64,000 nt of DNA from an uncultured Gemmatimonadales bacterium (GCA_963716255.1 OY970303.1:5184001-5248000); one strand, 5' to 3'. Counted from the first letter of the stretch, positions 19,257 to 30,761 are shown. Translations and numbers: made by a program. Notes: generated by a model not told the origin, from the sequence alone.

Positions 19257-20486
19257 ATGAAGGCCGCTGCCGCGCCCGCCCTGGCCCCGCCTCCCGTCCC
19301 ACCGCAGGCCGCCGGCGCCTTCGGGACGGGCGCCGGCCCGGGGATCGCCCGCGCCGCCGGGGAGGCGCGCGCCTCGCTGGCGGACCGGGTGCTCGCCTGG
19401 CGAGACGGGCTGCTCGCCTCGCCGCGCTTCCAGCGCTGGGCGGCGTCGTTCCCGCTGACGCGCCCGGTGGCGCTGCGCCGCTCGCGGCGCCTCTTCGACC
19501 TGTGCGCGGGCTTCGTGTACTCGCAGGCGCTGCTCGCCTGCCACCGCCTGGGGCTGCTGGACGTGCTGGCGGAGGGGCCGTGCACGCCCGCGGGGCTTGC
19601 GGAGCGGCTGGGGCTGAAGGCGGACGCGCTGGACCGGCTGCTCGGCGCGGCGCTGGCGCTGGATCTGGTGGAGCGCAGGCCGGGCGGGCGGATCGGGCTC
19701 GGGCCGCTGGGCGCGCCGCTGGTGGGAAACGGCGCGGTGGGGGCCATGCTGGAGCACAACGCGCTCCTCTACGACGACCTGCGCGACCCCGTCGCGCTGC
19801 TCCGCGGCGGGGCGGACACGCGGCTCGCGCGCTTCTGGCCGTACGCCGCAGCGACCGGTGAGTCGGCCCCGGCGCCGGGCGATGCGGGAGGAGCCGCGGC
19901 GTACAGCGCGCTGATGGCGGCGTCGCAGCCGCTGGTGGCGGCGGAGGTGCTGGACGCGTACGACGTGTCACGGCACCGGCGGCTCCTGGACGTGGGCGGC
20001 GGCGAGGGCGCCTTCCTCAAGGCGGCCGCGGCGCGCGCGCCGGAGCTGCGGCTGGCGCTCTTCGAGCTGCCGTCGGTGGCGGAGCGTGCGCGGGACTCGC
20101 TGCGCGCCGTGGGGCTCGCGGCGCGCGCCGAGGTGCACGCGGGCGACTTCCGCCGCGACCCGCTCCCCGGCGGCGCGGACCTGGCGACGCTGGTGCGCGT
20201 GCTCCACGACCACCCGGACGACGTCGTCCTGGCCGTGCTGCGGGCGGTGCACCGGGCGCTGGAGCCGGGGGGGATGCTGCTGGTCGCCGAGCCGATGGCG
20301 GGGGTGCGCGGCGCCGAAAGGGTGGGCGCAGCGTACTTCGCGTTCTACCTGCTCGCGATGGGGAGCGGGCGGGCGCGTACTCCCGATGAGTACCGCGGCC
20401 TCCTCCTCGCGGCCGGGTTCCGCGAGGCGCGCCCGGTCCGGCCGCGGCTGCCCGTGCAGACGGCGCTGGTGATGGCACGCAAGTAG
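19257..20486 (+). CDS. crtF: Hydroxyneurosporene/demethylspheroidene O-methyltransferase
   Basis: FDLCAGFVYSQ, LLDVGGGEG SAM motif, LVRVLHDH, LLAMGSGRAR; directly upstream of bchC. Confidence 0.92.
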   Translation: MKAAAAPALAPPPVPPQAAGAFGTGAGPGIARAAGEARASLADRVLAWRDGLLASPRFQRWAASFPLTRPVALRRSRRLFDLCAGFVYSQALLACHRLGLLDVLAEGPCTPAGLAERLGLKADALDRLLGAALALDLVERRPGGRIGLGPLGAPLVGNGAVGAMLEHNALLYDDLRDPVALLRGGADTRLARFWPYAAATGESAPAPGDAGGAAAYSALMAASQPLVAAEVLDAYDVSRHRRLLDVGGGEGAFLKAAAARAPELRLALFELPSVAERARDSLRAVGLAARAEVHAGDFRRDPLPGGADLATLVRVLHDHPDDVVLAVLRAVHRALEPGGMLLVAEPMAGVRGAERVGAAYFAFYLLAMGSGRARTPDEYRGLLLAAGFREARPVRPRLPVQTALVMARK

Positions 20487-20500
20487 CCTCCATGGGACTG

Positions 20501-20544
20501 TGTACACGGAGAAGTACACATAAGAGTGTAAATTAACATTGACA
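20501..20544. promoter_or_regulatory. Tandem PpsR/CrtJ boxes at the bchC promoter
   Basis: TGT-N12-ACA at 20501-20518 and 20527-20544, 8 bp apart. Confidence 0.9.
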
Positions 20545-20606
20545 GATGAAATCGTAACGCGCATCATACACCGGGACCGCTCCTCACCTCTCGTGGACTG
20601 ACCCTT

Positions 20607-21548
20607 TTGGACACACTGGCCGTCGTGCTGGACCGACCGGAGCAGCTGTCGCTGCGATCCCTCCGCCTGGATCCTCCAGGGGAGGCGGACGTGGTGGTGC
20701 GCACCGAGTGGAGCGGGATCAGCACGGGGACGGAGCGCCTGCTCTGGTCCGGGCGGATGCCCCACTTCCCCGGGATGGGCTACCCGCTGGTGCCGGGCTA
20801 CGAAACGGTGGGCACGGTGGAGGCGGCGGGGCGCGCGTCGGGACGGCGGGTGGGCGAGCGGGTGTTCGTCCCGGGGGCGCGCTGCTTCGGCGACACGCGG
20901 GGGCTCTTCGGCGGGGCGGCCGCCGTGCTGGTGGCGCCTGGCGCGCGGACGACGCCGGTGGAGCCGGGGCTGGCCGAGCGCGCCACGCTGCTGGCGCTGG
21001 CCGCCACCGCCCACCACGCGGCCTGGGGGAGCGGGGGCGCGGCACCGGACCTGGTCGTCGGGCACGGGGCGCTGGGACGGCTCCTGGCCCGGCTGGCGGC
21101 GGCGCTCGGCGACCCTCCGCCGACGGTGTGGGAGACGGATCCCGCCCGCCGCGGGGGGGCCGAGGGCTATGATGTGGTGGATCCGGCCGCCGACCCGCGC
21201 CGCGACTACCGCGAGGTGGTGGACTGCTCCGGCGACGCGTCGCTGCTGGACGAGCTGGTGGGGCGCACCGCCCGCGGGGGGGAGGTGGTGCTGGCCGGCT
21301 TCTACACCGGCGCCGTCGCCTTTTCGTTCGTTCCCGCTTTCCTGCGCGAAACCCGCCTGCGCGTGGCCGCGGAGTGGCAGCCCGCCGACCTGGCCGCCGT
21401 GGCGCGGCTGGCGGGCGAGGGGCGCCTGCCGCTGGACGGCGTCATCACCCACCGCGAGCGCCCGGCGGAAGCCGCGCGGGCCTACCGCACCGCCTTCGGC
21501 GATCCCGCCTGCGTCAAGATGATCCTCGACTGGAGCGACGCCGCATGA
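20607..21548 (+). CDS. bchC: 2-desacetyl-2-hydroxyethyl bacteriochlorophyllide dehydrogenase
   Basis: WSGISTGTERLLWSGRMPHFPGMGYPLVPGYE, CVKMILDW; TTG start. Confidence 0.95.
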   Translation: MDTLAVVLDRPEQLSLRSLRLDPPGEADVVVRTEWSGISTGTERLLWSGRMPHFPGMGYPLVPGYETVGTVEAAGRASGRRVGERVFVPGARCFGDTRGLFGGAAAVLVAPGARTTPVEPGLAERATLLALAATAHHAAWGSGGAAPDLVVGHGALGRLLARLAAALGDPPPTVWETDPARRGGAEGYDVVDPAADPRRDYREVVDCSGDASLLDELVGRTARGGEVVLAGFYTGAVAFSFVPAFLRETRLRVAAEWQPADLAAVARLAGEGRLPLDGVITHRERPAEAARAYRTAFGDPACVKMILDWSDAA

Positions 21549-22567
21549 TCCTGCCCCTCGCCGCCGACCACCCGCCCACGCTGGCCGTGGACGAGGCCCG
21601 CCGCCTCCTGCGCGAGGAGGCCGCCCACGAGCCCGAGCCCGTCCACACCGCGGAGCCCACGCGCGGGACCCAGGTCATCGCCATCTACGGCAAGGGGGGG
21701 ATCGGCAAGAGCTTCACGCTCGCCAACCTGTCGTACATGATGGCCCAGCAGGGGAAGCGGGTGCTGCTCATCGGCTGCGATCCCAAGAGCGATACCACCT
21801 CGCTCCTCTTCGGCGGGCGGAGCTGCCCCACCATCATCGAGACCTCCTCGCGCAAGAAGCTCGCGGGCGACGAGACGGAGATCGGCGACGTGTGCTTCGT
21901 GCGCGACGGGGTGTTCGCCATGGAGCTGGGCGGCCCCGAGGTGGGGCGAGGCTGTGGAGGGCGGGGGATCATCCACGGCTTCGAGCTGCTGGAGAAGCTG
22001 GGCTTCCACGAGTGGGGCTTCGACTACGTGCTCCTGGACTTCCTGGGCGACGTGGTGTGCGGCGGCTTCGGGCTTCCCATCGCCCGGGACATGTGCCAGA
22101 AGGTGATCGTGGTGGGCTCCAACGACCTCCAGTCGCTGTACGTCGCCAACAACGTGTGCTCCGCGGTGGAGTACTTCCGCAGGATGGGCGGCAGCGTGGG
22201 CGTGGCGGGGATGGTGATCAACAAGGACGACGGCACCGGCGAGGCGCACGCCTTCGCCGCTGCGGCCGGGATCCCGGTGCTGGCCGCCATCCCCGCGCAC
22301 GAGGACATCCGCCGCAAGAGCGCCAACTACGAGATCGTCGGCGTCCCCGGCGGGCGCTGGGCCTCCATGTTCGAGGAGCTGGCGACGCAGGTGGCGGAGG
22401 CACCGCCGGTGCGCCCCACGCCGCTTGCGCACGAGGCGCTGCTGGGGCTGTTCGCGGGCGACGCGGTGGGGCGCGGCGTGGTGCTGGTCCCCGCCACCCA
22501 GGCGGACATGCGCGGCGGGGCGCACGTGGAGCGTCCCTCGCTGGAAGTCGTCTACGAGGCGGTGTGA
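21545..22567 (+). CDS. bchX: Chlorophyllide a reductase iron protein
   Basis: [39 protein letters not shown]. Confidence 0.96.
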   Translation: MILPLAADHPPTLAVDEARRLLREEAAHEPEPVHTAEPTRGTQVIAIYGKGGIGKSFTLANLSYMMAQQGKRVLLIGCDPKSDTTSLLFGGRSCPTIIETSSRKKLAGDETEIGDVCFVRDGVFAMELGGPEVGRGCGGRGIIHGFELLEKLGFHEWGFDYVLLDFLGDVVCGGFGLPIARDMCQKVIVVGSNDLQSLYVANNVCSAVEYFRRMGGSVGVAGMVINKDDGTGEAHAFAAAAGIPVLAAIPAHEDIRRKSANYEIVGVPGGRWASMFEELATQVAEAPPVRPTPLAHEALLGLFAGDAVGRGVVLVPATQADMRGGAHVERPSLEVVYEAV

Positions 22568-22571
22568 GGCG

Positions 22572-24161
22572 ATGAGCGCGCCCCTCCCGACCCGCGACCC
22601 GCTCCTTGCCCTCCCCGTCCTCGCCCGGCAGGCCGGCGGCGGAGAGTGCGGCTCCGGCGCGTGCGGGTGCCACGGCGGCGGGGCCACGCTGGAGGCCGCC
22701 GCCGCGGTGGCGGGGGAGGGCGGTGCCCTGTCGCGCCTGCTGGCGGACTACCCGCGCGGGCCCCACGACCGGCCGCAGTCCATGTGCCCCGCCTTCGGCT
22801 CGCTGCGCGTGGGGCTGCGCATGCGCCGCACGGCCACGGTGCTCTCCGGCTCGGCGTGCTGCGTGTACGGTCTCACCTTCACCTCGCACTTCTACGGGGC
22901 GCGGCGCACGGTGGGCTACGTCCCTTTCAGCTCCGAGACGCTGGTGACCGGGCAGCTCTTCGAAGACATCCGCCGGGCAATGTTCGACCTGGCGGACCCG
23001 GAGCGGCTGGACGCCATCGTCATGACCAACCTGTGCATCCCCACCGCGTCCGGGGTGCCGCTGGACCTGCTCCCGCGCGAGATCCGGGGGGTGCGCATCA
23101 TCGGCATCGACGTCCCCGGCTTCGGGGTGCCGACCCACGCCGAGGCGAAGGACGTCCTGGGCGGCGCCATGCTGCGCCGCGCCCGCGAGGAGGCCGCGCA
23201 GGGCCCGGTGGCGCGGGCCCGGAGCGCCGTGACCGACCGCCCCACGGTGACGCTGATCGGCGAGCTGTTCCCGGCCGACCCGATGGGCGTGGGCGCCCTG
23301 CTGGCGCCCATGGGGCTGGCGGCGGGCCCCACGACGCCCTGCCGCGAGTGGCGCGAGCTGTACGCTGCGCTGGACTGTGCCGTCGCTGCGGCGGTGCACC
23401 CGTTCTACGTGGCCTCGGTGCGCGAGATGCGCGCGGCCGGGCGGCCGGTGGTGGGCTCCGCGCCGGTGGGGGTGGAGGGCACCGCGGCCTGGCTGGAGGC
23501 GGTCGGACGCGCGGCGGGCGTGCCGGAGAGCGCGATCGACGCCGCCAGGGCGGCGGCGCTCCCCGCCGTGGCCGCCGCGCTGGAGCGCAACCCGGTCCGC
23601 GGGCGCATCACCGTGTCCGGCTACGAGGGCTCCGAGCTGCTGGTGGCGCGGCTGCTGGTGGAGGCGGGCGCCGAGGTGCCCTACGTGGGCACCGCCTGCC
23701 CGCGCACGGAGTGGAGCGACCCGGACCGCGAGTGGCTGGAGGCGCGCGGCTGCCACGTGCAGTACCGCGCCTCGCTGGAGCAGGACCTGGCCGCCGTGCG
23801 CGGGGCGCGCCCGGACCTGGCCATCGGCACCACGCCCGTGGTGCAGAAGGCGAAGGAGGAGGGGATTCCCGCGCTCTACTTCACCAACCTGATCTCCGCG
23901 CGCCCCCTCTTCGGCCCGGCGGGCGCCGGCGGCTTCGCGCAGACGGTGGCCAGGGCCGTGGGCGGGCGCGAGCGGCTGGGCCGCATGCGGGCCTTCTTCG
24001 CGGGAGTGGGCTCCGGCGACTCCGCCGGCTATGGGCACGAGGGCGTGCCCCGGCCGCGTCCCAGGGCCGCCGAGCGCAACGCTGCGGCGCGCGGGGGCAC
24101 CGCGGTCACCGGGGCCGGAAAGCGGCGCGGTGTGGGCTCCACCGGCGAGGAGGTGGGCTGA
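22572..24161 (+). CDS. bchY: Chlorophyllide a reductase subunit Y
   Basis: [34 protein letters not shown]. Confidence 0.95.
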   Translation: MSAPLPTRDPLLALPVLARQAGGGECGSGACGCHGGGATLEAAAAVAGEGGALSRLLADYPRGPHDRPQSMCPAFGSLRVGLRMRRTATVLSGSACCVYGLTFTSHFYGARRTVGYVPFSSETLVTGQLFEDIRRAMFDLADPERLDAIVMTNLCIPTASGVPLDLLPREIRGVRIIGIDVPGFGVPTHAEAKDVLGGAMLRRAREEAAQGPVARARSAVTDRPTVTLIGELFPADPMGVGALLAPMGLAAGPTTPCREWRELYAALDCAVAAAVHPFYVASVREMRAAGRPVVGSAPVGVEGTAAWLEAVGRAAGVPESAIDAARAAALPAVAAALERNPVRGRITVSGYEGSELLVARLLVEAGAEVPYVGTACPRTEWSDPDREWLEARGCHVQYRASLEQDLAAVRGARPDLAIGTTPVVQKAKEEGIPALYFTNLISARPLFGPAGAGGFAQTVARAVGGRERLGRMRAFFAGVGSGDSAGYGHEGVPRPRPRAAERNAAARGGTAVTGAGKRRGVGSTGEEVG

Positions 24162-25612
24162 TGCTCGTGCTGGACCACGACCGCGCCGGGGGCTACTGGG
24201 GCTCCGTCTACGCCTTCGCCGCGCTCAAGGGGCTCCAGGTGGTGATCGACGGGCCGGTGGGCTGCGAGAACCTGCCGGTCACCTCGGTGCTGCACTACAC
24301 CGACGCGCTCCCGCCGCACGAGCTCCCCATCGTGGTCACGGGGATGGGCGAGGAGGAGCTGTCCATGAGCGGCACCGAGGGCGCGCTGCGCCGCGCCGGC
24401 GCCACCCTGGACCCGGACCGTCCCGCGGTGGTGGTCACCGGCTCCATCGCCGAGATGATCGGCGGCGGGGTGACGCCCGAGGGCTCCAACCTGCTCCGCT
24501 TCCTCCCGCGCACCATCGACGAGGACCAGTGGCAGAGCGCCGACCGCGCCCTGCGCTGGCTGTGGAAGGAGTTCGGCGAGAAGAAGGCCCGCGCCCGCAG
24601 GCGCCCCGTGCGCGCCGAGGGAGCGAAGCCGCTGGTCAACATCGTCGGGCCCATCTACGGCACCTTCAACATGCCTTCCGACCTGGCGGAGGTGCGCCGG
24701 CTGGTGGAGGGGATCGGCTGCGAGGTCAACCTGGTGTACCCGCTGGGCGCGCACCTGGAGGACACGCCCCGCCTGGCCGACGCCGCCGTCAACGTGTGCA
24801 TGTACCGCGAGTTCGGCCGCAAGCTGTGCGAGGAGCTGGACGCCCCCTACCTGCAGGCGCCGGTGGGGCTCACCTCCACCACGCTCTTCCTGGAGAAGCT
24901 GGGCGAGCTGGCCGGTGTGGACCCGCAGTCGTTCATCGAGCGGGAGAAGCACACCACGCTCAAGCCGGTGTGGGACCTGTGGCGCAGCGTCACGCAGGAC
25001 TTCTTCGCCACCACCAGCTTCGGGATCGTGGCGACGGAGACCTACGCGCGCGGGGTGCGCCGCTTCCTGGAGGACGACCTGGGGATGCCGTGCTCGTTCG
25101 CCGTCGCGAGGAGGCCGGGGGTCAAGCCGGACAACGAGGCGACCCGCCGCGCGCTCGCGGAATCGCCTCCCCTGGTCGTGTTCGGGAGCTTCAACGAGCG
25201 GATGTACCTGGCGGAGACCGGGGGGCGGGCCGTGTGGATCCCCGCCTCCTTCCCCGGCGCCATCGTCCGGAGGCACACGGGGACGCCGTTCATGGGCTAC
25301 GCGGGGTGCGTGTACCTGGTGCAGGAGGTGTGCAACGCGCTCTTCGACGCGCTCTTCCACATCCTGCCGCTGGGGACCGAGATGGACCGCGCGGCGGAGG
25401 CGACGCCCGCCCGGGGCGCCCCCGTGGAGTGGGAGGACGCCGCGCGGCGGCTGCTGGACGAGCTGGTGGAGGAGCACCCGCCGCTGGTGCGCATCTCCAT
25501 GGCGAAGCGGCTGCGGGACCGTGCCGAGCGCGACGCCCTGGGCGGCGGCGAGACGGCGGTTTCCGTGGACCGGGTGAGGGGCGCCCGTGCGGCGCTGTCC
25601 GGCCGTGGCTGA
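24161..25612 (+). CDS. bchZ: Chlorophyllide a reductase subunit Z
   Basis: [36 protein letters not shown]-terminal PCP_red-like domain. Confidence 0.95.
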   Translation: MLVLDHDRAGGYWGSVYAFAALKGLQVVIDGPVGCENLPVTSVLHYTDALPPHELPIVVTGMGEEELSMSGTEGALRRAGATLDPDRPAVVVTGSIAEMIGGGVTPEGSNLLRFLPRTIDEDQWQSADRALRWLWKEFGEKKARARRRPVRAEGAKPLVNIVGPIYGTFNMPSDLAEVRRLVEGIGCEVNLVYPLGAHLEDTPRLADAAVNVCMYREFGRKLCEELDAPYLQAPVGLTSTTLFLEKLGELAGVDPQSFIEREKHTTLKPVWDLWRSVTQDFFATTSFGIVATETYARGVRRFLEDDLGMPCSFAVARRPGVKPDNEATRRALAESPPLVVFGSFNERMYLAETGGRAVWIPASFPGAIVRRHTGTPFMGYAGCVYLVQEVCNALFDALFHILPLGTEMDRAAEATPARGAPVEWEDAARRLLDELVEEHPPLVRISMAKRLRDRAERDALGGGETAVSVDRVRGARAALSGRG

Positions 25613-25622
25613 ACGGATCACC

Positions 25623-25773
25623 GCGGGTTCGGGCGTGCCTCCGGCTGCGCCGGGGTCGGGCTTCGGCTCCGTAACGCACGATACGACCGTGCGTAACGGA
25701 GTCGAGCCCCGGCCAGCACCTTTGAACTGCGGTGCCGCCGGGTCTCGCCCCTACGGGCCGAAATCCCTCACGC
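25623..25773 (-). repeat. Full copy of ~140-150-bp structured intergenic repeat
   Basis: Matches 44022-44157 in the same orientation and 33411-33549 / 57953-58103 in reverse. Confidence 0.9.
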
Positions 25774-25808
25774 AGCTGCCTGCCGCACCTGGATATCCAG
25801 CAGTTGCT

Positions 25809-25834
25809 CCCCTCTCCCGGAATCGGGAGAGGGG
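25809..25834. repeat. REP-like hairpin between convergent bchZ and bchO
   Basis: CCCCTCTCCCG-GAAT-CGGGAGAGGGG, perfect 11-bp stem. Confidence 0.65.
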
Positions 25835-25862
25835 GGCGGCTCCGAGGCCGTCGGGCGAGGGC

Positions 25863-26726
25863 CTATGCTGCCGCGATCACCCCCGTTTCCCGCGCCAGGG
25901 CGAGAACCAGCCGCTCGACTTCGGCGGGGTGCTCCTCGTGGGCCAGGTGCCCGCCGGGGACCTCCACGGGGCGGGCGTCGGGGATGCGGGCGACCGCGCG
26001 CTCCACGGCGGCGCGGTCGATCCAGCGGTCCCCCGCGCCGAAGGCGAGCACCACGGGGACGCGCAGGCGGGGGTAGTCGGCCGCCAGGGGTTCCACGTCC
26101 CAGTTGGAGAACATGGTCATCACCGCGCGGACGTGGCGCGGGTCGGTGGCCAGGCGGCGGTACATCGCGATGGCCTCGGGGTCCAGCGCGGAGCCGGTCG
26201 CGCCCAGGGTGCGCTCCAGCAGCGGGCCGGAGGCGAGCGCGGCCAGGAGGCGCGCGGTGGGGCGGCTGGTGAAGAGCGCGTTCAGCAGCGGGCGCAGCGG
26301 GCCGCCGGCGTCCAAGGCGGCCAGCGCGGGGGCGAGCGCCACGATCCCCCGCGCGGGGAGAGCGCCGTCCAGCGCCAGGCGCGCGCCCACCGCCGCCCCC
26401 GCCGAGTGCCCCACCACCAGCTCCGGGCGGATGCCCAGCGCCCGCAGCAGCTCCGCGACCGCCGCGGCGAAGCCGTGGAGCGACATCCGCACATCCGGCA
26501 GGGACCCCGTGCCGCCGTGGCCCGGCAGGTCCGGCGCGACCACGGTGAAGCGCGGCTCCAGCAGCGGCGCCAGGCCATCCCAGGAGTGCGCCGAGGCGCC
26601 GGAGCCGTGCAGCAGCAGCACGGCGGGGCCGCGCCCGGCCACGCGCACGCGCCAGCGGATCCCCGCCGCCTCAACCCGGCGCCGGGCGGCCCCGCCCTCC
26701 CGGTCCGGCTCGTCCCCCGCGCTCAT
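25863..26726 (-). CDS. bchO: BchO-like alpha/beta hydrolase (magnesium chelatase accessory protein)
   Basis: [29 protein letters not shown] nucleophile elbow, GHLAHEE; PGC context. Confidence 0.85.
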   Translation of the reverse strand: MSAGDEPDREGGAARRRVEAAGIRWRVRVAGRGPAVLLLHGSGASAHSWDGLAPLLEPRFTVVAPDLPGHGGTGSLPDVRMSLHGFAAAVAELLRALGIRPELVVGHSAGAAVGARLALDGALPARGIVALAPALAALDAGGPLRPLLNALFTSRPTARLLAALASGPLLERTLGATGSALDPEAIAMYRRLATDPRHVRAVMTMFSNWDVEPLAADYPRLRVPVVLAFGAGDRWIDRAAVERAVARIPDARPVEVPGGHLAHEEHPAEVERLVLALARETGVIAAA

Positions 26727-26848
26727 TCGCTCATCCTCGTCCGGGCGGCGGGCGCCCGCATCGTTCCCGGCCGTGCGCGTCCGCCGCGCCACGACCGAAC
26801 CGGCCGCGCGATTCCCGCGCGGCCCCTTCCACTCGAAGGAGGTGCCAC

Positions 26849-27091
26849 ATGGCGGACATCGCAGTCCAGCCGCCCCCGGGGCCGTCGTCGACCGCGGCCA
26901 GGGGCCTGAGCGGCCTCACCGAGGACGAGGCCCGCTCGTTCCACCGGATGTTCGTGACCAGCTTCCTGGGGTTCCTCGCCATCGCCATCGTCGCCCACGT
27001 GCTGGTGTGGCAGTGGAGGCCATGGATCCCGGGCACGCCCGGCTACCCGGTCGCGGGCTCGTCGCCGACGACCTCCGCCCCGGTGCAGTAG
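26849..27091 (+). CDS. pufB: Light-harvesting LH1 beta subunit
   Basis: [12 protein letters not shown]...[21 protein letters not shown]. Confidence 0.95.
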   Translation: MADIAVQPPPGPSSTAARGLSGLTEDEARSFHRMFVTSFLGFLAIAIVAHVLVWQWRPWIPGTPGYPVAGSSPTTSAPVQ

Positions 27092-27121
27092 CCTCTCACC
27101 CTTCGAGCGGAGGATACCTTC

Positions 27122-27310
27122 GTGTTCCACCGGATCTGGATGGTCTTCGACCCGCGCCGGGCCCTGGTCGGGCTCTTCACGTTCCTGCTGGTCCTGGCGC
27201 TCACGATCCACTTCATCCTGCTCAGCACCTCGCGGTACGACTGGCTGGAGCAGGGGATGGACAACGTCGCGCTGACGTCCGACATGTCGCCGCTCCCACC
27301 GGGACGGTAG
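27122..27310 (+). CDS. pufA: Light-harvesting LH1 alpha subunit
   Basis: [13 protein letters not shown]...[20 protein letters not shown]. Confidence 0.95.
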   Translation: MFHRIWMVFDPRRALVGLFTFLLVLALTIHFILLSTSRYDWLEQGMDNVALTSDMSPLPPGR

Positions 27311-27320
27311 CGTGTCACCT

Positions 27321-27354
27321 CCCGCCGGGTGCGGCTCGCGCTGCATCCGGCGGG
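27321..27354 (+). other. pufA-pufL intercistronic stem-loop
   Basis: 15-bp stem with two G-U pairs, CCCGCCGGGTGCGGC-TCGC-GCTGCATCCGGCGGG, at the position of the mRNA-stabilising hairpin known from Rhodobacter puf operons. Confidence 0.6.
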
Positions 27355-27388
27355 CCAGCCCGCACTCGCAGCCGCGCGGAGCCGTGTC

Positions 27389-28228
27389 ATGAGCATGCTC
27401 AGCTTCGAACGAAAGTACCGGGTCCGCGGGGGAACCCTCGTGGGGGGCGACCTGTTCGACTTCTGGGTCGGACCCTTCTACGTGGGCTTCTTCGGCGTGA
27501 CCACAATGTTCTTTGCCCTGCTGGGGACGCTTCTCTGCGTCTGGGCTGCCGCTCTGGGCGACGGCAACCGCGAGCAGACGTGGAACCTCTGGCAGATCAA
27601 CATCGCCCCGCCACCGCTGGAGTACGGGCTGGGGCTGGCCCCGCTGCGCCAGGGCGGGCTCTGGCAGATCATCACCGTGTGCGCCATCGGCGCGTTCGTG
27701 TCGTGGGCGCTGCGCCAGGCGGAGATCTGCCGCAAGCTGGGCATCGGCTTCCACGTGCCCGTGGCATACGGGGTGGCGATCGCCGCGTACGTGACGCTGG
27801 TGGTGGTGCGCCCGGTCCTGCTGGGGGCGTGGGGGCACGGCTTCCCCTACGGCATCATCTCGCACCTGGACTGGGTGTCCAACGTGGGATACCAGTACCT
27901 GCACTTCCACTACAACCCGGCGCACATGGTGGCGGTGACGTTCTTCTTCACCACCTGCCTGGCGCTGGCGATGCACGGCTCGCTGATCCTGTCCGTGACC
28001 AACCCCCGCAAGGGGGAACCGGTGAAGACCAGCGAGCACGAGAACACCTTCTTCCGCGACGTGCTCGGCTACTCCATCGGCGCGGTCGGCGTCCACCGCC
28101 TGGGGCTCTTCCTGGCGCTCAACGCCGGGATCTGGAGCGCCGTCTGCATCGTCATCAGCGGCCCGTTCTGGACCCGCGGATGGCCCGAGTGGTGGAGCTG
28201 GTGGCTCAACCTGCCCATCTGGAGTTAA
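27389..28228 (+). CDS. pufL: Photosynthetic reaction centre L subunit
   Basis: [48 protein letters not shown] cofactor-ligand motifs intact. Confidence 0.98.
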   Translation: MSMLSFERKYRVRGGTLVGGDLFDFWVGPFYVGFFGVTTMFFALLGTLLCVWAAALGDGNREQTWNLWQINIAPPPLEYGLGLAPLRQGGLWQIITVCAIGAFVSWALRQAEICRKLGIGFHVPVAYGVAIAAYVTLVVVRPVLLGAWGHGFPYGIISHLDWVSNVGYQYLHFHYNPAHMVAVTFFFTTCLALAMHGSLILSVTNPRKGEPVKTSEHENTFFRDVLGYSIGAVGVHRLGLFLALNAGIWSAVCIVISGPFWTRGWPEWWSWWLNLPIWS

Positions 28229-28277
28229 GCCCGGCCTCGGCGGGGAAACTCCCCGCCGCCACCTCACGGGGGGCGCA

Positions 28278-29537
28278 ATGGCGGATTACCAGAACCTGTT
28301 CACGACCGTCCAGGTGCGGACGTCGGAGCCCGACTGGGGCGTGCCGATCGAGGAGCACAGCTGGACCCGGCAGCTCCCGCCGCGCTCCAGCCGCTGGCTG
28401 GGGAGGATCGGCGACGCCCAGGTGGGGCCCATCTACCTGGGCGCCACGGGCGTGGCCTCGCTGATCTTCGGCTTCGCGGCCTTCGAGATCATCGGCCTCA
28501 ACATGTGGGCGTCGGTGGGGTGGGACCCGGTGGAGTTCGTGCGCCGGCTCCCCTGGCTGGCGCTGGAGCCGCCGCCCCCTTCCTACGGCCTGCGCATCCC
28601 GCCCATGCAGCAGGGCGGGTGGTGGCTGCTGGCGGGGTTCTTCCTCACCGTCTCCATCCTGCTCTGGTGGGTGCGGCTGTACCGCCGCTCCCGCGCGCTG
28701 GGGCTGGGGACGCACCTCCCGTGGGCCTTCGCCTCGGCCATCTTCCTGTACCTGGTGCTGGGCTTCATCCGCCCGCTGCTGATGGGGAGCTGGGGGGAGG
28801 CGGTGCCCTTCGGGATCTTTCCGCACCTGGACTGGACGGCGGCCTTCTCCATCCGGTACGGGAACCTGTTCTACAACCCGTTCCACATGCTGTCCATCGC
28901 CTTTCTGTACGGCTCCACGCTGCTGTTCGCCATGCACGGGGCCACCATCCTGGCGACCAGCAAGCTGGGCTCGGACCGCGAGATCGAGCAGATCACCGAC
29001 CGGGGGACGGCCTCGGAGCGCTCCATGCTCTTCTGGCGCTGGACCATGGGGTGGAACGCCACGATGGAGTCCATCCACCGCTGGTGCTGGTGGTTCGCGG
29101 TGCTCACCACGCTCACGGGCGGGATCGGCATCCTGATCACCGGGACGGTGGTGGACAACTGGTACCTGTGGGGGCAGAAGCACGGGATCGTGCCGCAGTA
29201 CCCGGAGGTGTACGAGCAGCCGACCGTCCCCGCCCAGGTGGGAGAGACGCGCGGCTACCTGCAGCAGGCGCCGCCGGACACCTTCCCGGCCATGACGGCG
29301 CCGCGCCCCAACCGCTTCGCGCAGCCCGCGGCCCCGGCAGGCCTGAATCCGGCGGCGCCCACGCCGGTGCAGCAGCCGCAGCAGGCGGAGGGGATCCTCC
29401 CCGGCGGTACCGCGCCCCGCGGCCAGCCCGGCGCGGCCGGGCCCACGGGCGGGCGGCCGTCGCCGCAGCCCACGGCACCCTCGCCGCCGTCGCCGGAGCC
29501 GGCGGCCCCACCCAGCGACGCGGGAGGTGAGGCATGA
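28278..29537 (+). CDS. pufM: Photosynthetic reaction centre M subunit with long Pro/Ala/Gln-rich C-terminal extension
   Basis: [40 protein letters not shown]; 419 aa. Confidence 0.98.
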   Translation: MADYQNLFTTVQVRTSEPDWGVPIEEHSWTRQLPPRSSRWLGRIGDAQVGPIYLGATGVASLIFGFAAFEIIGLNMWASVGWDPVEFVRRLPWLALEPPPPSYGLRIPPMQQGGWWLLAGFFLTVSILLWWVRLYRRSRALGLGTHLPWAFASAIFLYLVLGFIRPLLMGSWGEAVPFGIFPHLDWTAAFSIRYGNLFYNPFHMLSIAFLYGSTLLFAMHGATILATSKLGSDREIEQITDRGTASERSMLFWRWTMGWNATMESIHRWCWWFAVLTTLTGGIGILITGTVVDNWYLWGQKHGIVPQYPEVYEQPTVPAQVGETRGYLQQAPPDTFPAMTAPRPNRFAQPAAPAGLNPAAPTPVQQPQQAEGILPGGTAPRGQPGAAGPTGGRPSPQPTAPSPPSPEPAAPPSDAGGEA

Positions 29538-30673
29538 GCTTCCGCACACGCGCGGCGCCCGCCGTGCTCGCGCTCGCCCTGGCGGCCTGCGGCGAGCACC
29601 CGCCGGTGGAGGCGGTGCAGCTGGGCTTCCGCGGGACGGGTATGGCGCAGGTGTACAACCCGCGGGTCCTCAAGGACAAGTTCGATTCCACGGCCGCGGC
29701 GATCCCGCAGGACCTCCCGCCCATCCCGCAGCCGGCGCCGGGCCAGGTGGCGGCGTCGCAGCAGCCCGCGGGGCCGTCGCCCTGGAAGAACGTGCAGGTG
29801 CTCACCGACGTCTCCCCCGGGGAACTGACGCGCACCATGGTGGCGATGACCAACTGGGTGTCGCCCAAGCAGGGGTGCAACTACTGCCACGTGGTGAGGG
29901 GCGGGGTGACGGACTTCGCCTCGGACTCGATCTACACCAAGGTGGTCGCCCGGCAGATGCTGCGGATGACGCGCGAGATCAACGGGCAGTGGCGCAACCA
30001 CGTGGCGAACACGGGCGTGACCTGCTACACCTGCCACGGGGGCAACCCGGTGCCGCGCAACGTCTGGTACTTCACGGACCGCAACCAGCCGCTGCGCCAC
30101 TACCTGGATCGCCAGGACGTACGGGTGCAGTCGGCGAGCTTCACGCCCTCCAACGCGAACCGCAGCTCCATCAAGCAGACGGAGTACACGTACGCGCTGA
30201 TGCTCTCCATGTCGCGGGCGCTGGGGGTGAACTGCACGTTCTGCCACAACTCGCCGCGCTGGGGGTCGTGGGAGGAGAGCACGCCGCAGCGGCTCACCGC
30301 GCTGCGCGGCATCCGCATGGTGCGCGAGCTGAACAACGGCTACCTGCTCCCGCTGCAGCCGGTGTTCCCGGCGCAGCGCCTGGGGCCCCACGGCGACGTG
30401 CCCAAGATCCAGTGCGCCACCTGCCACAACGGGGCGTACAAGCCGCTCTACGGGCGGGCGATGGCCCCGGGGTACCCGGCGCTGTACGCGCAGGCGGCGC
30501 CGCCCGCGCCGGCCGTGGTGCAGGGCACGGGCGCGGGTCCGGACGGCGTGCCCACCGTCCCCGCGGACTCGGCGCGCCGCGCCTCGGGCGACACGGTGTC
30601 GGCGACCGGGGGGCGGACGTCGCTGGGGATCATCGCGTCGCCGCACGTGGCGCACCGGGAGCCGGGGCCGTAA
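29534..30673 (+). CDS. pufC: Reaction-centre tetraheme cytochrome c subunit (lipoprotein)
   Basis: Lipobox LAAC; four CxxCH motifs (CNYCH, CYTCH, CTFCH, CATCH); QLGFRGTGM. Confidence 0.96.
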   Translation: MSFRTRAAPAVLALALAACGEHPPVEAVQLGFRGTGMAQVYNPRVLKDKFDSTAAAIPQDLPPIPQPAPGQVAASQQPAGPSPWKNVQVLTDVSPGELTRTMVAMTNWVSPKQGCNYCHVVRGGVTDFASDSIYTKVVARQMLRMTREINGQWRNHVANTGVTCYTCHGGNPVPRNVWYFTDRNQPLRHYLDRQDVRVQSASFTPSNANRSSIKQTEYTYALMLSMSRALGVNCTFCHNSPRWGSWEESTPQRLTALRGIRMVRELNNGYLLPLQPVFPAQRLGPHGDVPKIQCATCHNGAYKPLYGRAMAPGYPALYAQAAPPAPAVVQGTGAGPDGVPTVPADSARRASGDTVSATGGRTSLGIIASPHVAHREPGP

Positions 30674-30698
30674 CGGACCTGATCGGGAGGAGCCGGAA

Positions 30699-30738
30699 GA
30701 ACGCAGGCCCGCGCCATCTCCGGCGCGGGCCTGCGTTC
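30699..30738. terminator. Strong hairpin after pufC, probable terminator
   Basis: Perfect 17-bp stem GAACGCAGGCCCGCGCC / GGCGCGGGCCTGCGTTC with 6-nt loop; no long U tract. Confidence 0.65.
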
Positions 30739-30761
30739 AAAGGTAGCAGCCGTTGAGGGTA

